A stretch of DNA of 64,000 bases from Thermodesulfovibrionales bacterium (GCA_963715195.1 CAVQRT010000030.1:224001-288000); one strand, 5' to 3'; shown: positions 1 to 10,799, counted from the stretch's first letter. A program made the numbers and translations. Notes: generated by a model not told the origin, from the sequence alone.

Positions 1-2
1 TG

Positions 3-803
3 ATCAAAAAACATGAAGATGTCACACTGAAGCTGAAGGAGACGACCGAACATCTGAGTCATGCTCTGGCAAACCCGAAAAAAAGAGGAGAATGGGGAGA
101 GCGGATGGCCGAAGACATCATCAGACTGGTTGGTATGGTGGAAGGGGTCAATTATATGAAACAAAAGACCCTTGAAAGCTCATCCGGCAGGCCTGATTAT
201 ACATTTTTGCTGCCCAATAACCTGAAAATCAATATGGACGTTAAGTTCCCGATCGATAATTACATCCATTATCTGAATGCTGACACAGAACATGACAGGA
301 AACGATTCAGGGATGAACTTCTCAAGAATACAAAGGGAATGATCAGGCAGGTGACGACCCGTGATTATATCAACCCTGCTGAAAATACCATTGATTATGT
401 GATTGTTTTTATCCCGAATGAACAGGTCTTCAGTTTTATCAACGAATCCGACACCACGATTATGGATGAGGCACTAAAACAGAAGGCTATTCTTTGCTCC
501 CCGTTTACCCTGTACGCAGTCCTTGCAGTTATCCGGCAGGCTGTCGAAAATTTCAACCTTGAAAGAACTGCCTCAGAAATACTCGAACTGCTCGGTGAGT
601 TTTCCAAACAGTGGAATTCCTATAAAGAAAGATTCAGGCTCATGGGAGAAAGGTTAGACGCTGCAAAGAAGGAATATGATATCCTGATAACAACAAGAAC
701 AAATATGCTCGAAAAACCCCTAAAGAAAATCGAGGATTTGAGGGGACAAAAAGCGATAGACATGGAGGAACAGCTTAAACTTGACGAAGCACCTTTGCTC
801 TGA
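3..803 (+). CDS. rmuC: DNA recombination protein RmuC (5' partial)
   Basis: Frame open from window start: LANPKKRGEWGE, RPD..LP, DVKFP, FIPNE motifs. Confidence 0.9.
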   Translation: MKKHEDVTLKLKETTEHLSHALANPKKRGEWGERMAEDIIRLVGMVEGVNYMKQKTLESSSGRPDYTFLLPNNLKINMDVKFPIDNYIHYLNADTEHDRKRFRDELLKNTKGMIRQVTTRDYINPAENTIDYVIVFIPNEQVFSFINESDTTIMDEALKQKAILCSPFTLYAVLAVIRQAVENFNLERTASEILELLGEFSKQWNSYKERFRLMGERLDAAKKEYDILITTRTNMLEKPLKKIEDLRGQKAIDMEEQLKLDEAPLL

Positions 804-893
804 TAAGTTTTTTCATTATGGATGAGGAGCATTGAATAGCATATGCATTAGATTTTTTCAAAACAGAAGGCTATATTCTTAAAGGAGGGTATC

Positions 894-1175
894 ATGTCAG
901 AGAAACTCAGTCACGAGGAATTTGTAAAGAAAGCGATTGTAAGTCTGAGAAAGGAGGGATATAAGGGAATCCACAGCGTTTATTCAGGATTTAATGAGGC
1001 ATGTAAAAAATATTTTAATGGTGAAAATCCCGTTGAACTTACCAATAAGTTAGCCGCTGAGGGAAAGATCATCATAAGACCGGTTAAAGGTGGGGTAATG
1101 CTCTATCTGCCTGAGGAGGCACCTGCCACAAAAAGTTCTGCTGACGAGGCCTTAAAAAAAATGGGAATTGAATAA
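894..1175 (+). CDS. Small hypothetical protein (93 aa)
   Basis: Strong RBS AAGGAGG; protein-like sequence GIHSVYSGFN..RPVKGGVMLYLP. Confidence 0.75.
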   Translation: MSEKLSHEEFVKKAIVSLRKEGYKGIHSVYSGFNEACKKYFNGENPVELTNKLAAEGKIIIRPVKGGVMLYLPEEAPATKSSADEALKKMGIE

Positions 1176-1197
1176 TATCCAGAAAATCTTACACAAA

Positions 1198-1746
1198 TTA
1201 CCGGGGTTTTTGCAGGGGTACAGCCTGTATTTCTAAGGATTTGAGCCATTGATGGATCTCCTTTCTCATGGCTTTTGCATTGAATCCATGCCATCGCTTC
1301 CGTTCCCTGGGAAAGCTGACCAGGGTATCCTTAAACTTCCTGAAGGCGCCCTTGCCATTCAATGCCGCGAAGAGTTTTTCTTTCATGAATGGGTCCACGA
1401 CACTTTCAAGAAAATCATTCATGGTTTGATAGGCAGTCCGGTTTTCCCGCTCAGGGATACGGATATACCGTCCGCTTTCATCGAGGAGAATTTCGAGAAC
1501 CATTTCCATTTCGTCCGTCATCCAGTCAGGAATTTCGGGTTCTTCATCAAATTCAATGTATTCAATATCCTCTTCTATTTCTTCGAGATCATCATCAGAC
1601 AACCGTGCTTTCAATTCCTTCACTATTTCCTCTGATAAAGGCATCACCTCCCCGGTCTCAAGATCAAGGAAATAGTCAAATGTATCCCGTACCACATCTT
1701 CCATAGCTTTCTGAATTTCATCAAAGTCAACGTAAAGTCTTTTCAT
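1198..1746 (-). CDS. UPF0158 family protein
   Basis: YFLDLETGEV, AYQTMNDF, GKGAFRKFKD motifs; start taken at MKRLYVDF. Confidence 0.8.
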   Translation of the reverse strand: MKRLYVDFDEIQKAMEDVVRDTFDYFLDLETGEVMPLSEEIVKELKARLSDDDLEEIEEDIEYIEFDEEPEIPDWMTDEMEMVLEILLDESGRYIRIPERENRTAYQTMNDFLESVVDPFMKEKLFAALNGKGAFRKFKDTLVSFPRERKRWHGFNAKAMRKEIHQWLKSLEIQAVPLQKPR

Positions 1747-2158
1747 ATCCAAGTTGATTGAAAAAATCATTTTTTTCACAGGCCTTTCTCCAATCACAGG
1801 CCCTGCAAAATTCCTGTGACCATTGTTGGAATACTACAGGGATGTTTCCCCTGAGCGCCGGCCAACGGACGATGTCCCTAAGGCTCAGTTCCAGCAACTC
1901 CAATGCCTTTCTATCCATTGCCTGTATTTCCTGGTCAGATTCGCTGTTGTAAAAACATTCTTTTCCCTTTAGATACGGGCAGATATTACAGATATCATCC
2001 GCTCCTGAGACCACCTCTATCTGTTCGTCGGCCTCAGCTTTTTTCAGGATTTCTCCAAGATTTACTATAAATTCCGGAGAATAACCCTGACCTTTGAAAA
2101 AATGAAGGCAGATTAGGTGATGTCCCCTCAGTTGTAGCATAGTCTGGTTTGCTGCCAT
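1727..2158 (-). CDS. DUF1284 family protein
   Basis: LRGHHLICL..F.GQGYS..F, DDIC..CP, C..CDW...C. Confidence 0.8.
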   Translation of the reverse strand: MAANQTMLQLRGHHLICLHFFKGQGYSPEFIVNLGEILKKAEADEQIEVVSGADDICNICPYLKGKECFYNSESDQEIQAMDRKALELLELSLRDIVRWPALRGNIPVVFQQWSQEFCRACDWRKACEKNDFFNQLGYEKTLR

Positions 2159-2188
2159 GTCATATATATTAGCAAGCTTAACCTGAAG

Positions 2189-3019
2189 CTATGGCTTCCT
2201 GAGCAAGGGATCTGGTATCCCAGCCTCCTCAAATCCCTTTGCCCTGAAAATGCAGCTGTCACACCTCCCGCAAGGAATGGCATTGGAGACTTGAGCGGTA
2301 AGATTTGGAAATCCTCTCCGATTCTTTTGAACTTTGTATGTTGAACTTTGAACTTTCTTTGGTTGCGGGTCGTAGCAGCTCCACGTCAAAGCGTAATCAA
2401 CTCCCAGCTCAGTCCCCTGACGGATGATTTCCGATTTTTTCATTGCTATAAGAGGAGCATGTATTTTAAGGCGGATACCTCCCTCGACGGAAGCCTTGGT
2501 AGCCAGGTTCGCCATGTTCTCGAAGGCCAGGAGATATTCAGGCCTGCAGTCGGGATATCCACTGTAGTCAACTGCATTCGCACCGATGAAAATATCCGCT
2601 GCTTCGAGGACCTCTGCCCATGCAAGAGCAAAGGAGAGAAAGATGGTGTTCCGGGCCGGGACATAGGTAACCGGGATGAGGGATGAAGGATGAGGGATGA
2701 AGGATGAGGGCTCGTCGGCCTTTGTCTGCATCGCTTTATTCTTCCAGCCCGATTCATTGTTCATGTTTTTTTTGGGAACATTTATTTCTGATGTCAGCGC
2801 AGAACCACCGATATCTCTCAGGTCAAACCGGATAACGAGATGTTTTTTCACATCGTAAGATGATGCGAACAGCCGTGCTGATTCAAGTTCTCTGACATGC
2901 CGCTGGGAATAATGAAAACTCAGGGCATATACACCATATCCTTCTTTTTTTGCGATTGCAAGCGTTGTGGAAGAATCAATGCCTCCACTCAGGAGGACAA
3001 CTGCCTTTTTCTCAGTCAT
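2189..3019 (-). CDS. queC: 7-cyano-7-deazaguanine synthase
   Basis: [33 protein letters not shown]; two repeat-derived insertions. Confidence 0.95.
   Translation of the reverse strand: MTEKKAVVLLSGGIDSSTTLAIAKKEGYGVYALSFHYSQRHVRELESARLFASSYDVKKHLVIRFDLRDIGGSALTSEINVPKKNMNNESGWKNKAMQTKADEPSSFIPHPSSLIPVTYVPARNTIFLSFALAWAEVLEAADIFIGANAVDYSGYPDCRPEYLLAFENMANLATKASVEGGIRLKIHAPLIAMKKSEIIRQGTELGVDYALTWSCYDPQPKKVQSSTYKVQKNRRGFPNLTAQVSNAIPCGRCDSCIFRAKGFEEAGIPDPLLRKP
2327..2354. repeat. 7-bp tandem repeat (TTGAACT) inside queC
   Basis: ttgaact ttgtatg ttgaact ttgaact. Confidence 0.75.
2674..2708. repeat. 7-bp tandem repeat (GGATGAR x5) inside queC
   Basis: ggatgag ggatgaa ggatgag ggatgaa ggatgag; encodes [11 protein letters not shown]. 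Confidence 0.9.
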
Positions 3020-3093
3020 GATGCGTTTGGATTTGACAGGAGAAACATTCAACTGCATTGAGGAACACAATAATCCTGACCGCCATTGATCTA

Positions 3094-4143
3094 TTAAGAG
3101 ATATCGTCTGCGGTGCCTTCTTTTCCGTCCGGTCCGGCACTCCGGATAAGAAAGGACTTATCATCGAAACGATAAATATACGGATTTCCCCATGGGTCTG
3201 TTTCCGGAGCTATCGTGTGCACCGCTGGAGGATACGAGCCATGTTCAAATTTGTAAGCTGCAATCCCGAACCGCAGGTCATCGACACCTTTTGATGCGCG
3301 GAATCTCTGAAAGACATCATGAGATCCCCAAAAAATAGAAAGCAGAGACAGAATAACTGCAGCGGCAATTACAATTGCAGGAAGATACTGATGATGGATA
3401 TATAATTTTTCCCCCGGAGCAGGCGGATGCTCCTTCATAACCGGAGCAGGCTCTCTTGCCTCAATGATATTCTTTTCTATGAGAGAAACCAGAGTTTTCG
3501 AAACAGCGAAGTCATCCTTGCCACTGATATCGATAATAGTACTTACGTCGTTGTCTCCATCGACGAGGAACAGGATGTCCCTCTCTTCTTCTGAAAGGGC
3601 TGATACGTCGTCGGTCTGTTGCCTGAAGACCGTATCGAGTGTTATCTTCCCCTCGATGAGCGTCCATTCATCAACGATCCTCAGGCCTTCCATAAGCAGA
3701 TGCTGTGTATCTATCGATATCGGAATATCCTTATCTACAGGAATGGCCTGCGGGGTGAACTCATAGGTTCCTTCTTTCCAATTGAATATCTGGATGATGG
3801 TCTCTTTTATCTGCCCTATGAGGATTTCCTCGATGTCTTCCTTTTTTACGATGCCCTTTCGGATCAGGAAATTGCCGAGTCTGACGTTGGATCTCTGTTG
3901 CTCATCGAGCAGGGCTTGGAGGTTTTCTTCGGGGAAAATGCCTTTTTTGGCAAGGACTTTGCCGAGACGGTTTGCTTCCATCCTCCTCTTGGATTCAGCA
4001 CCTACAATGTATCCATCTATAAATAACAGTCTTATCTTATCCAGCTTTCCTTCGAGATTCAGGACACCCGTCTTACGCTGGAAAAAGATCAGCTGCAGAA
4101 TATCAGCAAGGCCAAAATCTCTGAGCGATCCCTCTAAAGCCAT
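3094..4143 (-). CDS. DUF4388-domain membrane protein with C-terminal GspG-like (T2SSG) domain
   Basis: N-term [24 protein letters not shown]; one TM helix; C-term [25 protein letters not shown]. Confidence 0.75.
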   Translation of the reverse strand: MALEGSLRDFGLADILQLIFFQRKTGVLNLEGKLDKIRLLFIDGYIVGAESKRRMEANRLGKVLAKKGIFPEENLQALLDEQQRSNVRLGNFLIRKGIVKKEDIEEILIGQIKETIIQIFNWKEGTYEFTPQAIPVDKDIPISIDTQHLLMEGLRIVDEWTLIEGKITLDTVFRQQTDDVSALSEEERDILFLVDGDNDVSTIIDISGKDDFAVSKTLVSLIEKNIIEAREPAPVMKEHPPAPGEKLYIHHQYLPAIVIAAAVILSLLSIFWGSHDVFQRFRASKGVDDLRFGIAAYKFEHGSYPPAVHTIAPETDPWGNPYIYRFDDKSFLIRSAGPDGKEGTADDIS

Positions 4144-5801
4144 CCTTTTGCGAGCCTCCTTCTCGTTGCTGTATTCGACAGAAGATATGTGGAAACAATA
4201 AGGACTATTGAGCCGAGGTTAAGCCATGCGTGGGAAAAGCGGTACATCTCGATCGTAAAAAATGAGTTCATGATCAAAACAAAGATAGAAAAGAAAAAAA
4301 TCCAGAGAAAAAAGAATCCATACAGAATATTTCCGCCACGGATAAGGCCCCATCCCGGAACGATAAGGGAAAAGGTTTTTATCAGGTTCCTTCGCCTCTT
4401 CTGGTATTCATAAACTGCAAGCAGACGTGCAATTCTCTCCTTTGCATCGAGTTCATCGAGCTTGATTAATGATCGATAACACTGCCGGCACATGCGGCCC
4501 CACAGAATATGCTTTTCACATTTGGTACAGAGAATCTTTCCGCACTTGCTGCACCGGTATGCCCAGGTTTTGAAACGTTTGTTTACGATGAAGTATATCG
4601 CGATGAAAAAAATTCCGATCAACGGCATCACAAAAGGAGGGACATACGACAAACCGCCGGTGAAGGTCGCTTTTGTCTTTGTTTTGGCATATTCATACAG
4701 ATCTTCCATCGGCAGGGTTTCATCGACAACAAACCTGTTAGGATTTCTGCTGTACAGAGACCTGTATCGGGAGACGGCAGCTTGATCAAGCTTTTGGGCT
4801 GCAAGGAAGAATTCTTCGCCTTTATCGAAATCGAGTGTCTCCCTGTATACCTGACTCAGGTTATAAAACGCAGATGTGAGTTGAGCACGTTTGAGGGATT
4901 TTTTATACAGCTCTTGTGCTTTTTCCAGATTGTTGATCGCAACATAATTGTTTGCAAGGTTAATGTATGTCCTTGCATCTGGTCTTATGGCAACGAGCTT
5001 TGTATTCAGGTCAATCGCCTCCTGATATCTCCCGGTCTGTTTGAGAGCCAGTGCATAAGAGAAGATCTCAACGGGGTTCTGGCTTCCGGGAAGGAGGGAG
5101 AGGGCATAGGTATTGTCCTTCGCTTCGTTCACCTGCACGACAGCCTTTAATGTGCCTGAGGCAGACGCATAAAATATTGTTGATACCGTCTTGAATACCC
5201 ATGGTGAGACAAGCAGAAACGCAACATAGAAGAAGAGGATAATCCGGTCCCATTTTTTCTGATAAAAACTTATGAGCAGAAGGAGCCCGCCGGGCAGGAA
5301 AAGCGGTCCAAAAAGAGCGCTGCTGAGCACAAGCAGCAGGAAAATTTTTGTTTTTTCCTCACGAATATCGTGGGAAAGCAGGGGCAGGTCTTGAGGAAGG
5401 CGAATTAAGATAAGGATGAGAATCGAAACGAAAAAGGAGAGGACAGCACTTATCAGCACTGATGACATCATCATAAATGACCACCAGAAGTTTCTCTTGT
5501 AGGCTGCAATACCCTGAAGCAGGTAATCGAATGCTTCAAATACACTCCTGGGCGACATGGAAAGGGTTTCCTTGGCGGTTTCAAAGTATGTCGCCGGGAG
5601 GTCCGGAGAGTATTTTTGTGCATCCCTGAGAAGGGAGGGCGCATTTTCCCTGTTCGTTTTTGAAGCATTCATGAGCAGGTAGGAATACGGTTCGGAGTTT
5701 CTTATTCCTTTGTCTAGTTGCTCTTCGTAGAGATCCTTACCCCAAGATAGTGATGGTATGATGAAGATGAACACAAGACAGGACAGGATGTATTTTTTCA
5801 T
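4134..5801 (-). CDS. Multi-TM TPR protein with Cys cluster (CxxC..C..C..CxxC)
   Basis: Hydrophobic segments, TPR-like helices, RCSKCGKILCTKC..MCRQC. Confidence 0.7.
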   Translation of the reverse strand: MKKYILSCLVFIFIIPSLSWGKDLYEEQLDKGIRNSEPYSYLLMNASKTNRENAPSLLRDAQKYSPDLPATYFETAKETLSMSPRSVFEAFDYLLQGIAAYKRNFWWSFMMMSSVLISAVLSFFVSILILILIRLPQDLPLLSHDIREEKTKIFLLLVLSSALFGPLFLPGGLLLLISFYQKKWDRIILFFYVAFLLVSPWVFKTVSTIFYASASGTLKAVVQVNEAKDNTYALSLLPGSQNPVEIFSYALALKQTGRYQEAIDLNTKLVAIRPDARTYINLANNYVAINNLEKAQELYKKSLKRAQLTSAFYNLSQVYRETLDFDKGEEFFLAAQKLDQAAVSRYRSLYSRNPNRFVVDETLPMEDLYEYAKTKTKATFTGGLSYVPPFVMPLIGIFFIAIYFIVNKRFKTWAYRCSKCGKILCTKCEKHILWGRMCRQCYRSLIKLDELDAKERIARLLAVYEYQKRRRNLIKTFSLIVPGWGLIRGGNILYGFFFLWIFFFSIFVLIMNSFFTIEMYRFSHAWLNLGSIVLIVSTYLLSNTATRRRLAKGWL

Positions 5802-6391
5802 GCCCGTTGTCCGATTTTCCGTTCAGTACCTTTCATCAGCCGTCTGATGTTATCCTGATGCCTGATGATGATAAAGACAGAAATAAGTAAAGATACAAAA
5901 AATTTTGTTGTGTCCTGTGAATGGATAAGCAGCACGTTGAGCGGTAACAGCGTGAAGGAGACAATTGCCCCCAGAGACGAATACTTTGTAAACAGAACAA
6001 CCACGGCCCAGATAATAACGGTAAGAAGCGCTCCGTATGGTACATAGAACAAGAGAACTCCGATGCTTGTCGCGACGCCTTTGCCTCCCCTGAAACCGAG
6101 AAAAATAGAAAAATTATGGCCCAAAATTGCCGACATGCCTATGAAACCCTCGAAAATCGGTTCAACACCTGCATACTTTCCTATGGCGACTGCAAGCGTT
6201 CCTTTCAATATGTCTCCCAACAGGGTGAGAATGGCCGGCCATTTTCCGAGGGACCTGAGAACATTAGTCGCACCGATGTTTCCGCTCCCGACCTTCTTCA
6301 GATCAATCCCTTTTGCCTTAGCCGTTATTATACCAAAGGGAATGGATCCGAGAACAAACGCAACAGCAATAAGGAAAATAATTTTAGTCAT
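5798..6391 (-). CDS. plsY: Glycerol-3-phosphate acyltransferase PlsY
   Basis: GSIPFG, GSGNIGATN, DILKG, GHNF, GGKGVAT, RHQDNI. Confidence 0.95.
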   Translation of the reverse strand: MTKIIFLIAVAFVLGSIPFGIITAKAKGIDLKKVGSGNIGATNVLRSLGKWPAILTLLGDILKGTLAVAIGKYAGVEPIFEGFIGMSAILGHNFSIFLGFRGGKGVATSIGVLLFYVPYGALLTVIIWAVVVLFTKYSSLGAIVSFTLLPLNVLLIHSQDTTKFFVSLLISVFIIIRHQDNIRRLMKGTERKIGQRA

Positions 6392-6397
6392 AAAACG

Positions 6398-6934
6398 TTA
6401 TTTGATTTTTTTGCCGAATAATATTGTGTATTGTATCCCGGAAATTATAGATACGATGAGGGCTATCCATATGAAAACGATTCCGATATCGTAGAGATCA
6501 AGACCGAGAATACTTGTATTGAGAATAAGGCAGAGGATCGCGATTATCTGCGCAGTCGTCTTGATTTTCCCCCCGAGTTCAGCAGCGATGACGATATCCT
6601 TCGAAAGAGCGACCACCCTGAGTCCTGTTACCAGAAATTCTCTCGCTATAATGGTTATTGCGATCCAGGCGGGCAGCCTCGCCATATCGACAAGTACTAT
6701 GAGAGCAGATATGATCAGAAATTTATCCGCAATCGGGTCGAGGATAATCCCGAATTTTGTTATATCACCTGAACGGCGTGCAAGGTATCCGTCGAGAAAA
6801 TCTGTGAGTGAAGCAATGCCGAAGATGAGTGCGCCCCAAAAAGGACGCATATAGACGGTAAGAACAAATACCGGGATGAGGACAATTCTGCTCAACGTCA
6901 GAATTGTCGGGAGATTGAGTTTAAGCGTTCCCAT
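6398..6934 (-). CDS. pgsA: CDP-diacylglycerol-glycerol-3-phosphate 3-phosphatidyltransferase
   Basis: NLPTILTLSR, TDFLDGYLAR..T.FG..LDPIADK. Confidence 0.93.
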   Translation of the reverse strand: MGTLKLNLPTILTLSRIVLIPVFVLTVYMRPFWGALIFGIASLTDFLDGYLARRSGDITKFGIILDPIADKFLIISALIVLVDMARLPAWIAITIIAREFLVTGLRVVALSKDIVIAAELGGKIKTTAQIIAILCLILNTSILGLDLYDIGIVFIWIALIVSIISGIQYTILFGKKIK

Positions 6935-7475
6935 TTGTTCTATCTTTCCAGAGACCCTTTGCTTTGAGGAGCAAATCACAGATTTCTCTGACAGCTCCCC
7001 TGCCTCCCCCTTTTGTGGTTATTAACTGGGCGAAGGCTTTGGTCTCGTCATCGGCGTCAGCAACAACCACTGACAGACCCGATCTTTTCAGAACGGGGAT
7101 GTCAACAACGTCGTCACCAATGTAGGCAATCTCACTGTAATCGAGGGAATATTTTCTGGCGAGTTGATCATACGCAGTGGTCTTGTCATAACACTTCTGA
7201 AAGACATCTCGTATGCCGAGTTCATCTGCCCTCTTTTCAACAACCTTTGACTGTCTGCCCGTAATCAGTGCCACATGAATACCGGCCTTCATCAGCATTT
7301 TTATGCCATGACCATCCCGGACATGAAAAGATTTGAGCTCGTTCCCGAAATTGTCGAGGATAATGCTGCCGTCTGTCAATACACCGTCGACATCAAGTAT
7401 AAGAAGTTTGATTTTTTTTGCAGCTGTGAGGATTTCTTTCTTTGGAATGGTTTTTCCCTTATATAGCTGTGGCAT
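6921..7475 (-). CDS. kdsC: KDO-8-phosphate phosphatase (HAD)
   Basis: LDVDGVLTDG, FHVRDGHG, IGDDVVD, GGRGAVRE. Confidence 0.92.
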   Translation of the reverse strand: MPQLYKGKTIPKKEILTAAKKIKLLILDVDGVLTDGSIILDNFGNELKSFHVRDGHGIKMLMKAGIHVALITGRQSKVVEKRADELGIRDVFQKCYDKTTAYDQLARKYSLDYSEIAYIGDDVVDIPVLKRSGLSVVVADADDETKAFAQLITTKGGGRGAVREICDLLLKAKGLWKDRTNGNA

Positions 7476-7650
7476 AAGTAAATTTGTTCGTAAAAGAAAT
7501 AGTAACAACGAAAAGTATATCAGAGACAATGAGAAAAGTCATTGAAACCTATCGAATAAATGCACATTTGTCAAGGCCCGGGGCGGCACAATGAAGCCGA
7601 AAGCATGTATCGGTGATCATGTTATAATGGGGCTATCAAAGGTGAATACC

Positions 7651-7794
7651 ATGAAACAGGCAGGAGATATCAGAAAATACGCTGTGCCGGTTGGGAGCCT
7701 CCGCTGGATCTGCCCCGAGAATATCTTTCAGTTTGAGTGCACATCAGATATAGAGCCATTAAAAGAATTCATCGGACAGGTTTCGGGCTGTTGA
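7651..7794 (+). pseudogene. N-terminal stub of a Lon-like AAA ATP-dependent protease
   Basis: LRWICPENIFQFECTSDIEPLKEFIGQ matches that family's N-terminus (LRW.C....F.F..T....PL...IGQ), then stops. Confidence 0.6.
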
Positions 7795-7842
7795 TGCAAT
7801 TAATTTCGGACTTGCCATTGAGTGGGACGGCTATAAAAAATT

Positions 7843-8769
7843 ATGAACAGACGATACAATGCCTTTAGCGCATACATGAAGAGCCGTTTTGGGTGTCCGG
7901 TTTACAAAGTTAGTGTGGACGCAGGGTTTACCTGCCCCAACAGGGACGGGACAATTGGGACTTCAGGGTGTATATACTGTAATAATGATGGCTTCAGGCC
8001 TGCTTCCTGCAGTCCTTCCTTCACGGTTACCGATCAAATTCATAGCGGGATCGAATTTGTTCAAAAGCGATACAGAGCCGGGAAGTATCTTGTTTATTTT
8101 CAACCGTATACAAATACGCATGCTCCTGTCGATACACTGGAGAGACTTTATACAGAGGCATTGGCAAATCCTGCGGTTATCGGTCTTGCTATCGGGACAA
8201 GACCTGATTCGGTTGACGACCGAAAGATAACGCTTCTTCAGTCATTGGCGGAGGAACACTTCATCCTGATCGAGTACGGCATGCAGTCCATGTACGACAA
8301 AACCCTTGAGTTTATCAATAGGGGACACGATTACCATACATTTCTGAGTGCACTTGAAATAACAATCAACAAAGGGATATTGATCGGCGCTCATATCATT
8401 ATCGGATTTCCAACAGAAACTCGTGAAGAAATGCTTGCCATGTCAGACGAACTCTCGCATCTTCCGATCGATTTCCTTAAGATCCACCATCTTCAGGTGA
8501 TAAAAGACACCCCCCTTGCAGTTCTGTATTGTGAAGACCCCTTTCCTGTATTCGGCTATGATGAATACATTGATTTCGTTACTGAATTCCTCGGGCGGCT
8601 TTCACCGCGGATTGCGCTGCAGAGGCTTTTTGCTGAAGCTCCTGACAACATGCTGATTGCACCACAGTGGGGCAAAAACAGGCAGGAAATCCTCAGGGAC
8701 ATCGAAAAGATGCTTGCGCAAAAGGATACGTGGCAGGGTAAGAACCAGAATATGTACCAAAAGATATAG
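7843..8769 (+). CDS. Radical SAM protein, YhcC/TIGR01212 family
   Basis: DAGFTCPNRDG..GCIYC, YFQPYTNT, IGTRPD. Confidence 0.9.
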   Translation: MNRRYNAFSAYMKSRFGCPVYKVSVDAGFTCPNRDGTIGTSGCIYCNNDGFRPASCSPSFTVTDQIHSGIEFVQKRYRAGKYLVYFQPYTNTHAPVDTLERLYTEALANPAVIGLAIGTRPDSVDDRKITLLQSLAEEHFILIEYGMQSMYDKTLEFINRGHDYHTFLSALEITINKGILIGAHIIIGFPTETREEMLAMSDELSHLPIDFLKIHHLQVIKDTPLAVLYCEDPFPVFGYDEYIDFVTEFLGRLSPRIALQRLFAEAPDNMLIAPQWGKNRQEILRDIEKMLAQKDTWQGKNQNMYQKI

Positions 8770-8781
8770 CAGGAATATTCT

Positions 8782-10680
8782 CTATTTTTTCTGTGCGTAC
8801 CCGATCTTTTTCAGTGCATCCTCAATTTCCCCAAGAATTGAAGGGTCATCAATGGTTGATGGAATAGGGTACGGTTCCCCGTCGGCAATCTTCCTCATAG
8901 TACTTCTGAGTATTTTCCCCGAGCGGGTTTTCGGGAGTCTTGTCACAGCGGTTGCTTCCTTAAAGCAGGCTATAGGGCCGATTTCATTCCGTATCATCTG
9001 TACGAGTTCCTTCTTGAGGTCTCCTTCTTCTCTGATAATACCTGCTTTCAGGACAACGAGCCCGACAGGAAGCTGCCCCTTCAGGGAATCCTGAGCGCCG
9101 ATCACCGCGCATTCGGCAACATCTCTATGCTGCGCGACAACTTCCTCCATCGCACCTGTTGAAAGACGGTGGCCGGCAACATTGATTACGTCATCTACTC
9201 TTCCCATGATGTAAACATAGCCGTCTTCATCGATATAGCCGCCATCGCTTGTGAAATAATATCCCGGGAAGATCTTCATATAGGATTCGATGAATCTCTC
9301 ATCTGCATTCCAGAGGGAGGGCAGTGTTCCGGGTGGAAGAGGAAGTTTTATCACAACCAGCCCTTCTTCTCCGGGATTCAGGTTTTCCCCGAGATTGTCG
9401 ATAATCTGAACGTCGTAGCCGGGCACTGGTTTTGTGCAAGAGCCGGGTTTTATCGGAAATTGTTCTATCCCCATGCAGTTAGCGGTAATCGGCCAGCCGG
9501 TTTCGGTCTGCCACCAGTGGTCAATGACCGGTTTCTTTAGCATATTATGTGCCCAGTGATAGGTATCTGGGTCCAGTCGCTCACCGGCAAGGAAAAGATA
9601 CTGAAATTGTGAAAGATCATATTTTTTAACATATTGTCCTGATGGGTCTTCTTTTTTAATTGCCCGGAATGCGGTTGGAGCGGTAAAGAGTGTTTTCACA
9701 CCGTGCTGGGAGATGACCCGCCAGAAAGCGCCAGGGTCGGGTGTGCCAACAGACTTTCCTTCATAGAGAATGGTTGTGCACCCGGTTATTAATGGTCCGT
9801 AAAGAATGTATGAGTGGCCGACAACCCACCCCACATCGGAAGCGGCCCAGTATACTTCACCCGGTTTTGTATCGTAGATATGCTCAAGGCTCCATCTGAG
9901 GGCTACTGCATGTCCGCCGTTGTCTCGTACAACACCCTTTGGTTTCCCGGTTGTCCCGGATGTGTAGAGGATATACAAAGGATCGGTTGCTTTGACAGGA
10001 ACGCATGGAACAGGTTCTGCGCCGCTGGCGAATTCTTTCCAGTCGAGGTCGCGATTCTGTATCATCTCCGCCTTAATAAAGGGCCTTTGGAAGATTACAC
10101 ATTTCTCCGGTTTGTGTATTGCGAGTTCGATCGCCTTGTCCAGCAAGGGCTTGTATTCGATGAGTCTTGTCACTTCAACGGCACCTGATGCGGAAACCAC
10201 AATTTTTGGTTTGGCGTCATTAATTCTGAGAGCAAGTTCATGCGGAGCAAATCCGCCAAATACAACGGAATGAACCGCGCCGAGACGGGCGCAGGCAAGC
10301 ATTGCAACGGCAGCTTCCGGTATCATCGGCATGTAGATAACGACGGTATCCCCTTGCTGAATACCGAGGTTTTTCAGCGCACCGGCAAAGCGGGATACCT
10401 GATCAAGCAGCTCCCGATAGGTAAATTTCTGTATTGTTTTTGTTACCGGGCTGTCATAGATGAGTGCTATTTGATCTGCCCTTCCATGTTCCACGTGCCT
10501 GTCGAGGGCATTGTAACAGGTATTGAGTTCGCCTCCGGTAAACCACCGGTAAAAGGGAGGATTTGTTGAATCGAGTACCTTATCCCACTTTTTATACCAC
10601 GTAATCGCTTCAGCAGCTTCTCCCCAGAATCCTTCCGGGTCCTCTATGCTTTTCCGGAAACGTTCATCAAACTTGCCCAT
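8782..10680 (-). CDS. prpE: Propionyl-CoA synthetase
   Basis: YTSGTTGKPKGVVRDNGG, DHWWQTETG, LPKTRSGKILR. Confidence 0.85.
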   Translation of the reverse strand: MGKFDERFRKSIEDPEGFWGEAAEAITWYKKWDKVLDSTNPPFYRWFTGGELNTCYNALDRHVEHGRADQIALIYDSPVTKTIQKFTYRELLDQVSRFAGALKNLGIQQGDTVVIYMPMIPEAAVAMLACARLGAVHSVVFGGFAPHELALRINDAKPKIVVSASGAVEVTRLIEYKPLLDKAIELAIHKPEKCVIFQRPFIKAEMIQNRDLDWKEFASGAEPVPCVPVKATDPLYILYTSGTTGKPKGVVRDNGGHAVALRWSLEHIYDTKPGEVYWAASDVGWVVGHSYILYGPLITGCTTILYEGKSVGTPDPGAFWRVISQHGVKTLFTAPTAFRAIKKEDPSGQYVKKYDLSQFQYLFLAGERLDPDTYHWAHNMLKKPVIDHWWQTETGWPITANCMGIEQFPIKPGSCTKPVPGYDVQIIDNLGENLNPGEEGLVVIKLPLPPGTLPSLWNADERFIESYMKIFPGYYFTSDGGYIDEDGYVYIMGRVDDVINVAGHRLSTGAMEEVVAQHRDVAECAVIGAQDSLKGQLPVGLVVLKAGIIREEGDLKKELVQMIRNEIGPIACFKEATAVTRLPKTRSGKILRSTMRKIADGEPYPIPSTIDDPSILGEIEDALKKIGYAQKK

Positions 10681-10799
10681 CAGATGCCTCCTCACAGAGT
10701 TTTAAAAAAGTGAATTATCTTAGCATAAACACGCCACGTTATTGCATGTAAGCTGTAATTCTTCTGTTTGGCATTCCGGAGCTGTGATACAATTAATAC

